This document shows, in pieces, positions 1-11,409 of a stretch of 64,000 bases of DNA (its first letter is position 1; each line of letters opens with the position of its first letter). The position numbers were made by a program, and so were the translations under genes. Origin of the DNA: Candidatus Nomurabacteria bacterium (GTDB lineage: Bacteria; Patescibacteriota; Minisyncoccia; Phycocordibacterales; UBA2100); assembly GCA_943356775.1 (NCBI GenBank), contig CALRFU010000001.1, forward strand, positions 7,203 to 71,202, in the 5' to 3' direction. The notes beneath the pieces are model-generated. The model was given only the letters and a program-made list of their open reading frames with translations, did no database searches and had not been told where the DNA came from.

Positions 1-81
1 TGCAATCAATGCGGCAGAATATCGACGTACTCACCGAAGCGCAACAAAAGTATCTCGCAAGCTGGCAAGAGGGGACGTAAT

Positions 82-798
82 ATGGATGGGATACGTAATG
101 GCTCTGAAGTACCAGACCGTCGGAGAGAAATTCTCGAAGCGCTTACCAAGAGAATTACGATAGAGAAAAAAAATGGTGCGCCCTACGTCATCGCGATAGA
201 TGGTAAGACGGGCGTAGGGAAGACGGAGATCGCAAACGATCTCGCCGCAACACTCATAACGCATGGTAAAAAAGTTCAGATTATTCACATGGATGATTAT
301 CTGAACCCTTCGTCGATTCGCTATGGTATTGACGAGTCCACGGACTTTTATACGAGAAGCTTCAATTTTCGAAAGTTACTGAGTGTGTTATCGGAGATTA
401 GGAAAAATGGTTGTTTACAGCGGGTGATGCCGTTGTTTGATACGCGCGCGGATACTGACTCCAAACCAGTACCATACGACATAGACAAAGATACCGTTGT
501 CATTGTTGAAGGCGTGTTTCTTCACAAAGATATATTTGAAAACTGTTTTAATTTGAGTGTATTTCTTACTGCCCCTTCGCCGGCGGCCTTGCGGCGTGCA
601 CAGGATAGAAACGCTGCCGACCCTCTCGATAGAAACGTGCTTTCTCCCGAGGAAATGGAACGTCGATACTGGGAGAAATACGATCCGGGTTTCAATATGT
701 ATGCGGAACGCGCGAACCCGGTAGGTAATTCAACGGTGCTCTTGGATTTCGAAGATCCTAAGCATCCTCGAGTATTGGCCGCTCGCCAGAAAATATGA
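82..798 (+). CDS. P-loop kinase, phosphoribulokinase/uridine-kinase family
   Basis: Walker A IDGKTGVGKTE near the N-terminus. Following DDY, a hydrophobic VIVEGVF strand and an RR..D lid are laid out as in uridine/cytidine kinases. Confidence 0.55.
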   Translation: MDGIRNGSEVPDRRREILEALTKRITIEKKNGAPYVIAIDGKTGVGKTEIANDLAATLITHGKKVQIIHMDDYLNPSSIRYGIDESTDFYTRSFNFRKLLSVLSEIRKNGCLQRVMPLFDTRADTDSKPVPYDIDKDTVVIVEGVFLHKDIFENCFNLSVFLTAPSPAALRRAQDRNAADPLDRNVLSPEEMERRYWEKYDPGFNMYAERANPVGNSTVLLDFEDPKHPRVLAARQKI

Positions 799-1766
799 AC
801 ATCGATAATACACATCCCAACCTGACACAGCTTGCGGACCAAAATGGGCAAATGCGGATCCTCGCCATCGATCACGTCAACGGGCTTCGAAAGCAACTCA
901 ACATGCTGCGCAACAATTCAGATGTTACGAATGATGAGATACTCATGGTCAAGTCTATGATAATTCGCACGTTAAAAGAAAGTGTAACCGGGATTTTAAT
1001 TGACCCCTTTACGTACACTCATTCAGCAAGAGAAATGTATGGAGCGTGCGGTGTACTGATAAAGCTCGACGATGGCTTTGATTCGTCGCCGTGGAATTCA
1101 AAAGAACGCATTACGAAGATTGCAGACGTGGATTATGCGGAGTTGAAGACGCTCGGTATTGCAGGTGTAAAATTGATGCTCTATTATCGACACGACATGT
1201 CTCCGGCAACAAAAAGAGCACAGGAAGATATTGTTCTTCAGATTGCCAAAAAAACGGCGGCACACGGCCTCTTGCTTTGCTTGGAACCGTGGTGGTATGC
1301 GTGTAAAGACGATGAAACGGACACCCTTGAGGGTAAGCGAATAATCGCAGAACGTCGACCCGCAATGGTTATTGAGCCATTGAGAGAATTTGCCAAAAAA
1401 GAGTACGGTGTAGGCTTGTTTAAACTTGAGGTGCCCGTCGATAGCACATTTTATAGATTTACGCATCGCAGCAGCGAGGGAGATGCGACTTTTCTGTATG
1501 GCGAAGACGATGCACGAAAAATGTTTGTCGCAATAGACGATATAGTTTCGGTGCCCTGGGTGATAATGAGCAGCGGCGTAACGGCGCGAGAATTCGCGGA
1601 GTACGTGTCTTTAGCGACTCGAGCGGGGTCGAGTGGATACATATGCGGGCAGGCGATATGGCAGGAGGGGGTGCGCAGTTTCCCCGACGCGAAAAAAATG
1701 GAGGCGGTGCTCGCAAGCACATGCCGAGACAACGCAGCCATTATTAATGCTGCATTTACCGTTTGA
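795..1766 (+). CDS. Class I aldolase, tagatose-1,6-bisphosphate aldolase (LacD) family
   Basis: Blocks ILAIDHVNGLRK, GVKLMLYYRHD and GLFKLEVPVD align with the LacD motifs ISALAFDQRGALK, AVKFLLYYDVD and DVLKVEVPVN. The start overlaps the upstream stop (ATGA). Confidence 0.7.
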   Translation: MNIDNTHPNLTQLADQNGQMRILAIDHVNGLRKQLNMLRNNSDVTNDEILMVKSMIIRTLKESVTGILIDPFTYTHSAREMYGACGVLIKLDDGFDSSPWNSKERITKIADVDYAELKTLGIAGVKLMLYYRHDMSPATKRAQEDIVLQIAKKTAAHGLLLCLEPWWYACKDDETDTLEGKRIIAERRPAMVIEPLREFAKKEYGVGLFKLEVPVDSTFYRFTHRSSEGDATFLYGEDDARKMFVAIDDIVSVPWVIMSSGVTAREFAEYVSLATRAGSSGYICGQAIWQEGVRSFPDAKKMEAVLASTCRDNAAIINAAFTV

Positions 1767-2266
1767 GTATGACTATATATCTAGCAGCAGATCATGCGGG
1801 GTTTGAGTTGAAAAGTAATTTAGTGGATTTTTTGCAGAAGTTGGGTTACGACGTGCTCGATTGCGGAGCGTACACGTATAAAAAAGATGACGATTATCCG
1901 CGGATATTAAAACAAGCGGCGATACTGCTTTTGGAAGATGTAAAAAATCACGTCGAAAGTTATGCGATTGTGATCGGTGGATCGGCGCAAGGGGAGGCTG
2001 TTGCGATGAACCGGTTTCGTGGAATTCGTTGTGGCGTTTTGTACGCGCCTGACATGCAGCTTAAGACAGATTCGAGCGGCCGTGATTTAAGTGTCGTCGA
2101 GAGTATGAAAGTGCACGACAACACAAACGCGCTTGCACTTGCGAGCCGCGCGCTCAACGTCGAGGACGCGCAGACGGCAGTCTCGCGGTGGCTTCGGTCG
2201 AACTTTACACACGAAGAGCGGCATGTACGAAGAATTAAACAGATTGACGACCTACCCCTTTCATAA
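1763..2266 (+). CDS. rpiB: Ribose-5-phosphate isomerase B / LacAB-family sugar-phosphate isomerase
   Basis: N-terminus IYLAADHAGFELK...LGYDVLDCG and an internal GGS..GEA..N...G are typical of RpiB/LacAB. It overlaps the upstream gene by 4 nt. Confidence 0.8.
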   Translation: MSMTIYLAADHAGFELKSNLVDFLQKLGYDVLDCGAYTYKKDDDYPRILKQAAILLLEDVKNHVESYAIVIGGSAQGEAVAMNRFRGIRCGVLYAPDMQLKTDSSGRDLSVVESMKVHDNTNALALASRALNVEDAQTAVSRWLRSNFTHEERHVRRIKQIDDLPLS

Positions 2267-2267
2267 T

Positions 2268-2939
2268 ATGAAAGCTGTTATTTTCGACATGGACGGAGTG
2301 TTGGTTGACACTGAAGACATTTACTATTCTTTTTTACGCAATCATCTTCATGATATGGGGATTTCAACCGGTCAGGAGTTTGATTCGTTTCGTGACGAAT
2401 TTCGAGGAAGTTCAACATTTGATCTCTGGGATAAAATAAAAGAGACGTACGATCTGTCGCATTCGGTCCGGGATGATCTTGTGCCGACCGCGAGAAAAGC
2501 CTACCTCGAGCATATCCACGCGCTACCTTCCCTTGATGCTATCCCTGGCGTCCAGTCGCTACTAGAAAGAGTTGTTGCAGCAGGTTTTCCCCTCGCCGTC
2601 GTCTCATCGAGTAGTCGAGCGCGGATGCCGGTCATGCTACAAAAGATAGGACTGCTTAAATTTTTTTGCCACATAGTGAGTAGTGACGATGTAAAAAAGG
2701 GGAAGCCAGATCCGGAATGTTACTTATTGGCTGCCAACAAATTGGGTGTCAATCCTACCGAATGCGTGGTAATCGAAGACGCTATACACGGTGTTTCTGC
2801 AGCTAAAGGCGCACGAATGAAAACTGTTGCATTTAATGGACTAAAGATTGACGAGTCACAATACGCTCGAGGGGACATAGATGTGATGAGTTTTGACGAA
2901 GTGACAATAGAGAAATTAAAAAAACTTTTTGACGAGTAG
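2268..2939 (+). CDS. HAD-superfamily hydrolase, subfamily IA (beta-phosphoglucomutase-like)
   Basis: Motif I is AVIFDMDGVLVDTE, motif II is AVVSSS, motif III K and motif IV EDAIHG. The start is taken at internal Met 2268 because the ORF-track start at 2133 overlaps rpiB. Confidence 0.75.
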   Translation: MKAVIFDMDGVLVDTEDIYYSFLRNHLHDMGISTGQEFDSFRDEFRGSSTFDLWDKIKETYDLSHSVRDDLVPTARKAYLEHIHALPSLDAIPGVQSLLERVVAAGFPLAVVSSSSRARMPVMLQKIGLLKFFCHIVSSDDVKKGKPDPECYLLAANKLGVNPTECVVIEDAIHGVSAAKGARMKTVAFNGLKIDESQYARGDIDVMSFDEVTIEKLKKLFDE

Positions 2940-3807
2940 CGTCAATACACAGCGTATGAATTCTGCGGTGGTCACTATTCAAACTCCACGTAATGTACTT
3001 CTCAATGGGATACTTCTTGGTCCGAGCAAACCGAATACTGTAATTGTGTGGGTTCATGGTCTTGGGAGCTCGCTTTTTAGCAAGCGTGCGATTGCTGAAT
3101 TGCTTGTCGATGAAACTACCGCAGTACTGCTGTTCAATAACCGTGGGCACGACGTTGTCGCACGAGTGGGGCACGTTACTAGGGAAAAAGGTCTGATGGC
3201 GGGCGCGGCGCATGAGGTGTTTACTGATTGTGTTGACGATATTGAGGGAGCAGTAAATTTTGCCCGGAAGATGGGAGTAAAAAGGGTATATATTGCAGGG
3301 CATTCGACAGGGTGCCAAAAAAGTATCTATTGGGCTGCAAAAAAAAGACGAGGGGTGAAGGGGATTATTCTTCTAGCGCCAGTTTCCGATTGGGCTGCTG
3401 AGACGTATCTTAAAGGAAAAAAGAAACTGGTGCGCGTCGAAAAAGTCGCGAGGTCGTACGTTGCACAGGGTCAGAGACACCGATTATTACCTCCCGAAGT
3501 GTGGCCTGATATTCTTGATGCGCAGCGGTTCTTAAGTTTGTGTACACCTACGAGCGTGGAAGAGATTTTCACCTACGCTCAGCCAGGGAAAAATCCTCGC
3601 ATCCTGGGATCTATAAAAATCCCCGTTCTGGTCTTGTGGGCCCAGAAAGACGAGTTTGCAGATCGTCCTGCCAAAGAAATCGCACATTGGTTTGATACGA
3701 ATATTCGTGCACTGCATTCTGTGATTGTTATCCCGAAGGTTGGGCACAGTTTCAAAGGCGGGGAAAAGGCGGTAGTCACACACATCCGGCGCTTCATTGC
3801 AGCCTGA
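2929..3807 (+). CDS. Alpha/beta-fold hydrolase
   Basis: Nucleophile elbow GHSTG, an upstream HG-type oxyanion hole (VHGLGSS) and a C-terminal His (VGHSF). Confidence 0.65.
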   Translation: MTSSVNTQRMNSAVVTIQTPRNVLLNGILLGPSKPNTVIVWVHGLGSSLFSKRAIAELLVDETTAVLLFNNRGHDVVARVGHVTREKGLMAGAAHEVFTDCVDDIEGAVNFARKMGVKRVYIAGHSTGCQKSIYWAAKKRRGVKGIILLAPVSDWAAETYLKGKKKLVRVEKVARSYVAQGQRHRLLPPEVWPDILDAQRFLSLCTPTSVEEIFTYAQPGKNPRILGSIKIPVLVLWAQKDEFADRPAKEIAHWFDTNIRALHSVIVIPKVGHSFKGGEKAVVTHIRRFIAA

Positions 3808-3830
3808 GGTGTGTTACTATATCGGCACTT

Positions 3831-4625
3831 ATGGCTGTCGAAGAAGCTGTGCAGCATGCGGGAGAAGCGGTGGAGCATGCCGCTCCGGCCATTCACGTCG
3901 CTCTTGCTCCCGAGCAGATCGCAGCTCTCTGGGGGTTTCCTATCACCAACACCCTCCTCACGAGCTGGGTTGTAATGCTGCTTTTGGCCGTGCTCACTTT
4001 CTACGTGCGACGCAATCTGAGCATGATACCGGGCAAGTTCCAGACATTCATCGAGCTTCTTTTCGGATACGTTCACGACTTTATCGAGACGACACTTGAG
4101 AACGCGGTATGGGCGCGGCGTATGTTCCCGCTTCTCCTCACGCTTTTCCTCTTTATCGCTACCGCCAACCTTATTGAATTTACACCCGGTATCGGATCGA
4201 TTTTGGTGCACTACGGAGGCGAGACCGTTCCGCTTCTCCGGAGCATGAATACGGACTTGAACGTAACGCTCGCGCTGACCGTGATTGCGGTGCTTGCGAT
4301 TGAGATTGCGGGCATCGTTGCGCTCGGCTTTTGGCGCTATGCGGGTAAATTCTTCAACTTCTCTTCACCGCTCAATTTTGTCGTCGGAATCATCGAATTC
4401 ATTTCAGAGCTTTCGCGTTTCGTCTCGTTCTCCTTCCGTCTCTTCGGCAACATTTTCGCGGGCGAAGTACTCATCGCGGTGGTCGCTTTCTTCGTACCGT
4501 ACTTCCTCCCGGTCCCGCTTATGGCCTTTGAGCTCTTTGTCGGAGTGGTGCAAGGAGCGGTTTTTGCGCTTCTCACGCTCTTCTTCGTGAAGATGGCCAT
4601 TATGGAACCGCACGGGAGCCACTAA
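3831..4625 (+). CDS. atpB: F-type ATP synthase Fo subunit a
   Basis: Polytopic membrane protein. C-terminal FRLFGNIFAGE contains the conserved Arg of subunit a. Confidence 0.9.
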   Translation: MAVEEAVQHAGEAVEHAAPAIHVALAPEQIAALWGFPITNTLLTSWVVMLLLAVLTFYVRRNLSMIPGKFQTFIELLFGYVHDFIETTLENAVWARRMFPLLLTLFLFIATANLIEFTPGIGSILVHYGGETVPLLRSMNTDLNVTLALTVIAVLAIEIAGIVALGFWRYAGKFFNFSSPLNFVVGIIEFISELSRFVSFSFRLFGNIFAGEVLIAVVAFFVPYFLPVPLMAFELFVGVVQGAVFALLTLFFVKMAIMEPHGSH

Positions 4626-4698
4626 GAAGTGGCTTCGGTGCGGCTCTGTGATACAGTAGAGCCAATAATTAACAAGTAATAGTAGAAATCATCACGTT

Positions 4699-4926
4699 AT
4701 GGATATCGAATCAGCACGACTCATCGGTATGGCAATCGCAGCCGGTGTTGGGGTAATCGGGCCGGGCATCGGCGTAGGTCTTATCGGCGGGCGCGCAATG
4801 GATGCAATCGGACGAAATCCAGATGCGGCAGGTAAAATTGTTTCAAACATGATCCTCCCGATCGTGTTCACGGAAGCGCTCGGCATTCTCGCGCTTGTGG
4901 TCGCTTTCATTATCAAATTCGTTTAG
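4699..4926 (+). CDS. atpE: F-type ATP synthase Fo subunit c
   Basis: 75-aa two-helix proteolipid. GxGxGxG helix 1 (GVGVIGPGIGVG), polar loop GRNPD and the conserved carboxylate in FTEALGILALV. Confidence 0.9.
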   Translation: MDIESARLIGMAIAAGVGVIGPGIGVGLIGGRAMDAIGRNPDAAGKIVSNMILPIVFTEALGILALVVAFIIKFV

Positions 4927-4941
4927 TCCTACGAGAGCTTC

Positions 4942-5391
4942 ATGGATGGACTGATTAGTGCGTTCGGAATTGATTGGAGACTCCTCGTCATACAGGGCGT
5001 CAATTTCGCCGCGCTTTTGGCGGGCCTTACGTACTTCTTGTATACGCCCGTCATGAAACTTATCGACGAGCGGCGTGAACGTGTCGCCGAGGGCGTACGC
5101 TCTGCCGCAGAAGCCGACAGGAAACTCGCGGATGCCAAGACCACAGGTGAAGGTATTGTAGGTACCGCAGCACGCGAAGCGGAGGTCTTGGTCGCGACGG
5201 CGCGAAGCCGCGCAGACGAGAAGGGAAATGAAATTCTAAAAGCGGCAGAGGTCCGCGCAGCCGGTGTGCTCGCGGAGGCGGCCGTTAATGCCGAAGAGGC
5301 AAAACGTAAGGCGCTCGCGGAGAGTTCAAAGGAAATCGCGCGGACTGCAGTCTTGGCAGCGGAGAAAATATTGAGGGAGAAATCAGCATAG
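4942..5391 (+). CDS. atpF: F-type ATP synthase Fo subunit b
   Basis: N-terminal TM helix followed by a long Ala/Glu/Arg/Lys-rich coiled-coil. Position between atpE and atpH. Confidence 0.75.
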   Translation: MDGLISAFGIDWRLLVIQGVNFAALLAGLTYFLYTPVMKLIDERRERVAEGVRSAAEADRKLADAKTTGEGIVGTAAREAEVLVATARSRADEKGNEILKAAEVRAAGVLAEAAVNAEEAKRKALAESSKEIARTAVLAAEKILREKSA

Positions 5392-5392
5392 T

Positions 5393-5779
5393 ATGGAAAC
5401 GGCATACGCACAGGCATTGTGGAAGATGGTGGAGGGCGGCATGACTCCCTCAAAAGCAGTGCATGCGCTTCACGGCGTTCTCAAAGCAAATGGTCGCGAG
5501 GTGCTCCTGCCCCGTATTGCCAAAGCTTTTGCGCGAATCGCAGAGCGTGAGACCAAACGCACCGACGTAGTGCTCACGGTCGCGCGCGAGAAAGATGAGC
5601 GATACGCACACAAAGAAGTGAAAGAGATTCTCGCAGGTATGGGAGTCGAGACAAAGGACCTCAAGACGGAAGTCGACGATACGCTTATCGGCGGCTGGCG
5701 CCTCGAGGGCAGAGAGCGGTTGGTAGACGCAAGTTACAAAAATCAATTATTGGAATTATTTAACCGCGCGACCGCATAG
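5393..5779 (+). CDS. atpH: F-type ATP synthase delta subunit (OSCP), short form
   Basis: Position between b and alpha. N-terminal YAQALW... helical domain. Only 128 aa. Confidence 0.65.
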   Translation: METAYAQALWKMVEGGMTPSKAVHALHGVLKANGREVLLPRIAKAFARIAERETKRTDVVLTVAREKDERYAHKEVKEILAGMGVETKDLKTEVDDTLIGGWRLEGRERLVDASYKNQLLELFNRATA

Positions 5780-5782
5780 CAT

Positions 5783-7354
5783 ATGGATTCATCAACGATA
5801 GAGAAAATCATCAAGGAGATAGGGAACATCGCTCCCGCACACGAGGGCGAACATGTCGGACGCGTGGTAGCGGTCGGCGACGGAGTTGTAGCTATCGACG
5901 GTCTTTCAAAGGCGGTCATGAGCGAAGTCCTCATTTTTGAAGAAGGTAAAGGAAAAAAGCTTGCGGGTGCAATGGAAGACCAAGCCGAACTTTTGGGTCT
6001 TGTCCTCAACCTCGAAGAAGACGGTGTACGTGCGACGATTCTCGGGGACACATCCCGTGTGAGCGAGGGAATGACCGTCAAATCGACCGGCAAAATTCTT
6101 TCGGTCCCATCAAGCGAAGAGTTCCTCGGTCGCGTGGTGAATGCACTCGGTGAGCCAATCGACGGCAAGGGCCCTTTCAAGAAAACTACCCTCATGCCAA
6201 TTGAGCGACAGGCGGCCGGCGTCATCGACCGTAAATCAGTATCGGTACCGCTCGCGACGGGTACCAAAGCAATTGACGCCATGATTCCAATCGGTCGCGG
6301 TCAGCGCGAACTCATCATCGGAGACCGCGGTACCGGCAAGACGACCGTCGCCATCGACGCCATCATCAACCAAAAGTACGAACCCGAAGAGACGCGCCCT
6401 ATTTGTATTTACGTCGCTATCGGCCAGAAGGAATCTAAGACCGCGCGCATCTCACAGCAGCTCCGCGAGCAGGGAGCGATGGAGTACACAATCATTGTCG
6501 ACGCTCCCGCATCTGCTCCGGCCGCACTCCAGTACTTGGCCCCGTTCGCCGGTGTCGCCATCGGAGAATATTTCATGGACAAGGGGCGCGATGTCCTCAT
6601 CGTCTACGACGACCTTTCGAAGCAGGCGGTCGCATACCGCCAGCTCTCGCTTCTCCTGCGACGTCCGCCGGGCCGCGAAGCATATCCGGGCGACGTCTTC
6701 TATTTACACTCACGACTTCTCGAGCGCGCATGTCGCCTCAGTGAGGAGAAGGGCGGCGGCTCTATCACGGCGCTTCCTATCATCGAGACACAGGAGGGCG
6801 ACGTCTCCGGCTACATTCCGACCAACGTTATTTCCATCACAGACGGTCAGATGTTCCTCGTGACCGACCTCTTCAACAAAGGCATCAAACCGGCTATTGA
6901 TGTGGGTATCTCAGTCTCCCGCGTCGGCTCCGCCGCGCAGACCAAGGCGATGAAAGGCGTTGCCGGCGGTATCAAACTCGAGCTCGCGCAATTCCGCGAA
7001 CTCGAAGCCTTTATGCAATTCGCATCCGACCTTGATAAGGCCACTGCCGACCGCATCGAATCCGGCCGTCGCATGGTGGAAGTCTTGAAGCAGAAGAACG
7101 GTGCGCCGATACCTCTGGAGAAGCAAGTCGCCGCGTTGTACGCTGCAGGCAAAGCGTTCTTCATCAATGCTCCGGTCAACAAAGTCACTGAAGTTGAAAA
7201 ACAGTACATTGATTTTCTCGACGGTCAGTATTCGAAGACGCTTGCCGCGATTAAGAAGACAGGACAGCTCTCTGATGACACCAAAGCGGAACTAAACAAG
7301 GCAATGGAGGAATTCAAACTGGCACACGCGGAGCTCTTTAGTGTGGGAAAGTAG
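5783..7354 (+). CDS. atpA: F-type ATP synthase alpha subunit
   Basis: P-loop [15 protein letters not shown] plus conserved [23 protein letters not shown] and the [10 protein letters not shown] block. Confidence 0.95.
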   Translation: MDSSTIEKIIKEIGNIAPAHEGEHVGRVVAVGDGVVAIDGLSKAVMSEVLIFEEGKGKKLAGAMEDQAELLGLVLNLEEDGVRATILGDTSRVSEGMTVKSTGKILSVPSSEEFLGRVVNALGEPIDGKGPFKKTTLMPIERQAAGVIDRKSVSVPLATGTKAIDAMIPIGRGQRELIIGDRGTGKTTVAIDAIINQKYEPEETRPICIYVAIGQKESKTARISQQLREQGAMEYTIIVDAPASAPAALQYLAPFAGVAIGEYFMDKGRDVLIVYDDLSKQAVAYRQLSLLLRRPPGREAYPGDVFYLHSRLLERACRLSEEKGGGSITALPIIETQEGDVSGYIPTNVISITDGQMFLVTDLFNKGIKPAIDVGISVSRVGSAAQTKAMKGVAGGIKLELAQFRELEAFMQFASDLDKATADRIESGRRMVEVLKQKNGAPIPLEKQVAALYAAGKAFFINAPVNKVTEVEKQYIDFLDGQYSKTLAAIKKTGQLSDDTKAELNKAMEEFKLAHAELFSVGK

Positions 7355-7419
7355 ACAACCCTTCGACAAGCTCAGGGTACAAGAGCTTGTAGTTCGTAAA
7401 ACTCACAACAATCTCTCGT

Positions 7420-8334
7420 ATGGCAAACCTGAAAAGCATAAAATCAAAAATATTCTCGTATAAAAAGACGGGGACGGTGACGCATGCGATGGAAGCGGTC
7501 TCTGCGGTCAAGATGCGTAAGGGCCAAGAGCGCGCGCTTTCCGCCCGCGCGTATGCGGCCGCGGCACTTTCGGTACTTGAGCGCCTCTCCGGTACTGCCG
7601 ACATTGCCCGGCATCCGCTTATGCAAGAGAGGGAGGGGAAAACCGCCGTCATCGTCGTCACGAGCGACAAGGGACTCGCCGGCGCACTCAACAGCGGCGT
7701 TATCCGCAAAGTAGAGGCGGAGCTTCGTGAAAGGAATTTAAGAATCGAAGATGTTGTGGTCTACGCATTTGGGCGGCGTGGTGGTGAATATTTCACATCC
7801 CGCGGATATACGGTAGACAGCATTCAGACAAACGTAAGCGACGCAATTTCGGAAAGTGAAATGTCCGAAATGACCAAGGCGGTGCTCGGTCGCTCTGACG
7901 TCGCTTCCGTCATTGTCGGGTATCAGAATTTCGTTTCAACGTTCGAGCAGGCTCCCACGGTGCGGCAAATTGTGCCGATTCGCCCCGAGACGATGAAAGA
8001 AATTGTCGCAGGTATCCGCCCGGCAAAGGGTAAGTACGCTCCCGCCGCCGCAGAGGCTTCGGCTGAAGCAAAGCCCGTTGCCTACACCATCGAACCGGAC
8101 GCGGATTCTGTACTCTCCGTACTCTTGCCGAAACTCCTCAGCATCGCCGTATTCCATGCGCTGCTCGAAACAAAAGCTTCCGAACACTCAGCCCGCATGG
8201 TCGCGATGAAGAGCGCGACAGACAAAGCACGCGACATGGCCAAAGGCCTCACGCGAACATTCAACAAAGTCCGTCAGGCGGCAATCACACGCGAAGTTTC
8301 GGAGATAACATCCGGTATTGAAGCGATGAAATGA
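7420..8334 (+). CDS. atpG: F-type ATP synthase gamma subunit
   Basis: N-terminal IKSKIFSYKKT.ITHAMEAVSAVKMRK and C-terminal NKVRQAAITREVSEI helix typical of gamma. Confidence 0.9.
   Translation: MANLKSIKSKIFSYKKTGTVTHAMEAVSAVKMRKGQERALSARAYAAAALSVLERLSGTADIARHPLMQEREGKTAVIVVTSDKGLAGALNSGVIRKVEAELRERNLRIEDVVVYAFGRRGGEYFTSRGYTVDSIQTNVSDAISESEMSEMTKAVLGRSDVASVIVGYQNFVSTFEQAPTVRQIVPIRPETMKEIVAGIRPAKGKYAPAAAEASAEAKPVAYTIEPDADSVLSVLLPKLLSIAVFHALLETKASEHSARMVAMKSATDKARDMAKGLTRTFNKVRQAAITREVSEITSGIEAMK
8284..8330 (+). repeat. 47-nt direct repeat, copy 1 (last 15 codons of atpG)
   Basis: ATCACACGCGAAGTTTCGGAGATAACATCCGGTATTGAAGCGATGAA is identical to 9280..9326. Confidence 0.9.
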
Positions 8335-8337
8335 TGT

Positions 8338-8772
8338 ATGAAAGAAGAACCTGAAAACCCGAATGTTCGTCAGCTAGACGACAGACGGACTGTAAACCGT
8401 CTCGTTACTCTTGGAGAAGTCAGTGAAATCGCGGAACTTCTTAATTCAGCAGTTGTATCTGTTCTGGAAAAAGAAAAAAGAGAAGCTGAAATAAAAGAAA
8501 TCGTTGCACGGATCGGTGAAATGGGCGTCGGTGCCGAAAATAAGTCAATTTTTGAAACACTCGAGAATATAAACCTTATTACGTCCACTATTGCTGCACG
8601 CGAAAATGCCTCGATACCGGAAAAACGTGTTGCCGTTGGTCTTAAAGAGCTTGTTGCGGCGTTGGCGGTAACGCCCAAAGATCAGACTACCCAAGATACC
8701 GTTGAATTTTTACGCGCTCGTCTCGAGACGATTCAATGGTATGCGACGCGTAAAGACGGGCATACAAAATAA
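8338..8772 (+). CDS. Hypothetical protein (acidic, helical), cargo gene 1 inside atp operon
   Basis: 144-aa ORF directly after the atpG stop, in the same orientation as the operon. No recognisable motif. Confidence 0.4.
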   Translation: MKEEPENPNVRQLDDRRTVNRLVTLGEVSEIAELLNSAVVSVLEKEKREAEIKEIVARIGEMGVGAENKSIFETLENINLITSTIAARENASIPEKRVAVGLKELVAALAVTPKDQTTQDTVEFLRARLETIQWYATRKDGHTK

Positions 8773-8773
8773 C

Positions 8774-9226
8774 ATGAAGGAAGCTGTAGAGAAGATTGGT
8801 GCCAAGTATGAGCAGGCTATCAATGCCGCAACTGCGTCGCTGCTCGTTGAACTCTCCGAATCTCTTAATGTAATTATGGACACACTTCGGAAAACGCTGA
8901 ATCCACCGCCTGACGAAGTCTTTGTATCGCAGTTTGAGGAGCAGGTATTAGGTGTCATCGCACAAGCCTTTCAGGCGGCGTTGACGGACTGTGTCTCGAG
9001 CTTGAAACCACCAAAAATTAGACGGAGCAATGATGCCTTTTCGACCGCGGAAAAGAACCTCATCGAGGTAACGGTGGGACGTTTTCAGTCATGGAAATCA
9101 GATAATTTGAAGGAGGAAACAGGCGGGATCGCTGTGGTACTCAAAAAACCAGAATATCGAGACGAGGTTACGGCAATTCTCGCTCGCCATTTGAATGATG
9201 CTAGAAAGACTCTCCAAAGTTTGTAG
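8774..9226 (+). CDS. Hypothetical protein, cargo gene 2 inside atp operon
   Basis: 150-aa ORF from internal Met 8774, one nucleotide after the stop of the previous ORF. Predicted helical, no recognisable motif. Confidence 0.4.
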   Translation: MKEAVEKIGAKYEQAINAATASLLVELSESLNVIMDTLRKTLNPPPDEVFVSQFEEQVLGVIAQAFQAALTDCVSSLKPPKIRRSNDAFSTAEKNLIEVTVGRFQSWKSDNLKEETGGIAVVLKKPEYRDEVTAILARHLNDARKTLQSL

Positions 9227-9267
9227 ACATTGAAAATCTCCACATTACACGATAAAGTAGTGCACAT

Positions 9268-9330
9268 ATGAAAGGCACCATCACACGCGAAGTTTCGGAG
9301 ATAACATCCGGTATTGAAGCGATGAAGTAG
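9268..9330 (+). other. Chimeric 20-codon mini-ORF: atpD 5' head fused to atpG 3' tail (recombination junction)
   Basis: The ORF reads ATGAAAGGCACCATCAC|ACGCGAAG...GCGATGAAGTAG, encoding MKGTIT|REVSEITSGIEAMK*. Its first part matches the atpD start (ATGTCAAAAGGCACCATCAC, 9964..9983). The rest is the exact 47-nt atpG tail repeat. Confidence 0.8.
9280..9326 (+). repeat. 47-nt direct repeat, copy 2 (duplicate of atpG 3' end)
   Basis: Identical to 8284..8330. The stop codon changes from TGA to TAG. Confidence 0.9.
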
Positions 9331-9335
9331 CTCGT

Positions 9336-11341
<2,006 letters not shown>

Positions 11342-11343
<2 letters not shown>

Positions 11344-11395
11344 GTTCTAGGTTGAATTCAAAATGCATCTATATTTTCCCTAGCACCTAGAACCT
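11342..11395 (+). repeat. Perfect 11-bp inverted repeat (AGGTTCTAGGT / ACCTAGAACCT) with 32-nt loop in the atpD-atpC spacer
   Basis: Arms at 11342..11352 and 11385..11395. They are followed by tandem CACCTAG motifs that run into the atpC start codon. Confidence 0.6.
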
Positions 11396-11409
11396 GACAC
11401 CTAGCACCT

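Noticed and set aside
5743-6282. Long antisense ORFs inside atpA, atpD, the P-type ATPase, dnaK and similar genes (for example 5743..6282 minus, 16806..17282 minus, 19215..19919 minus, 49796..50617 plus).
   Set aside because: They lie entirely within strongly supported genes on the opposite strand and have no motifs. They are typical GC-rich antisense frames, not genes.
9271-9284. The 14-nt match to the atpD start could be a chance coincidence.
   Set aside because: I estimate the chance of a 14-nt identity in 64 kb at about 10^-3. The match also begins exactly at an ATG, in frame, and abuts the exact 47-nt atpG tail copy. I therefore treat it as a real junction and not as noise.
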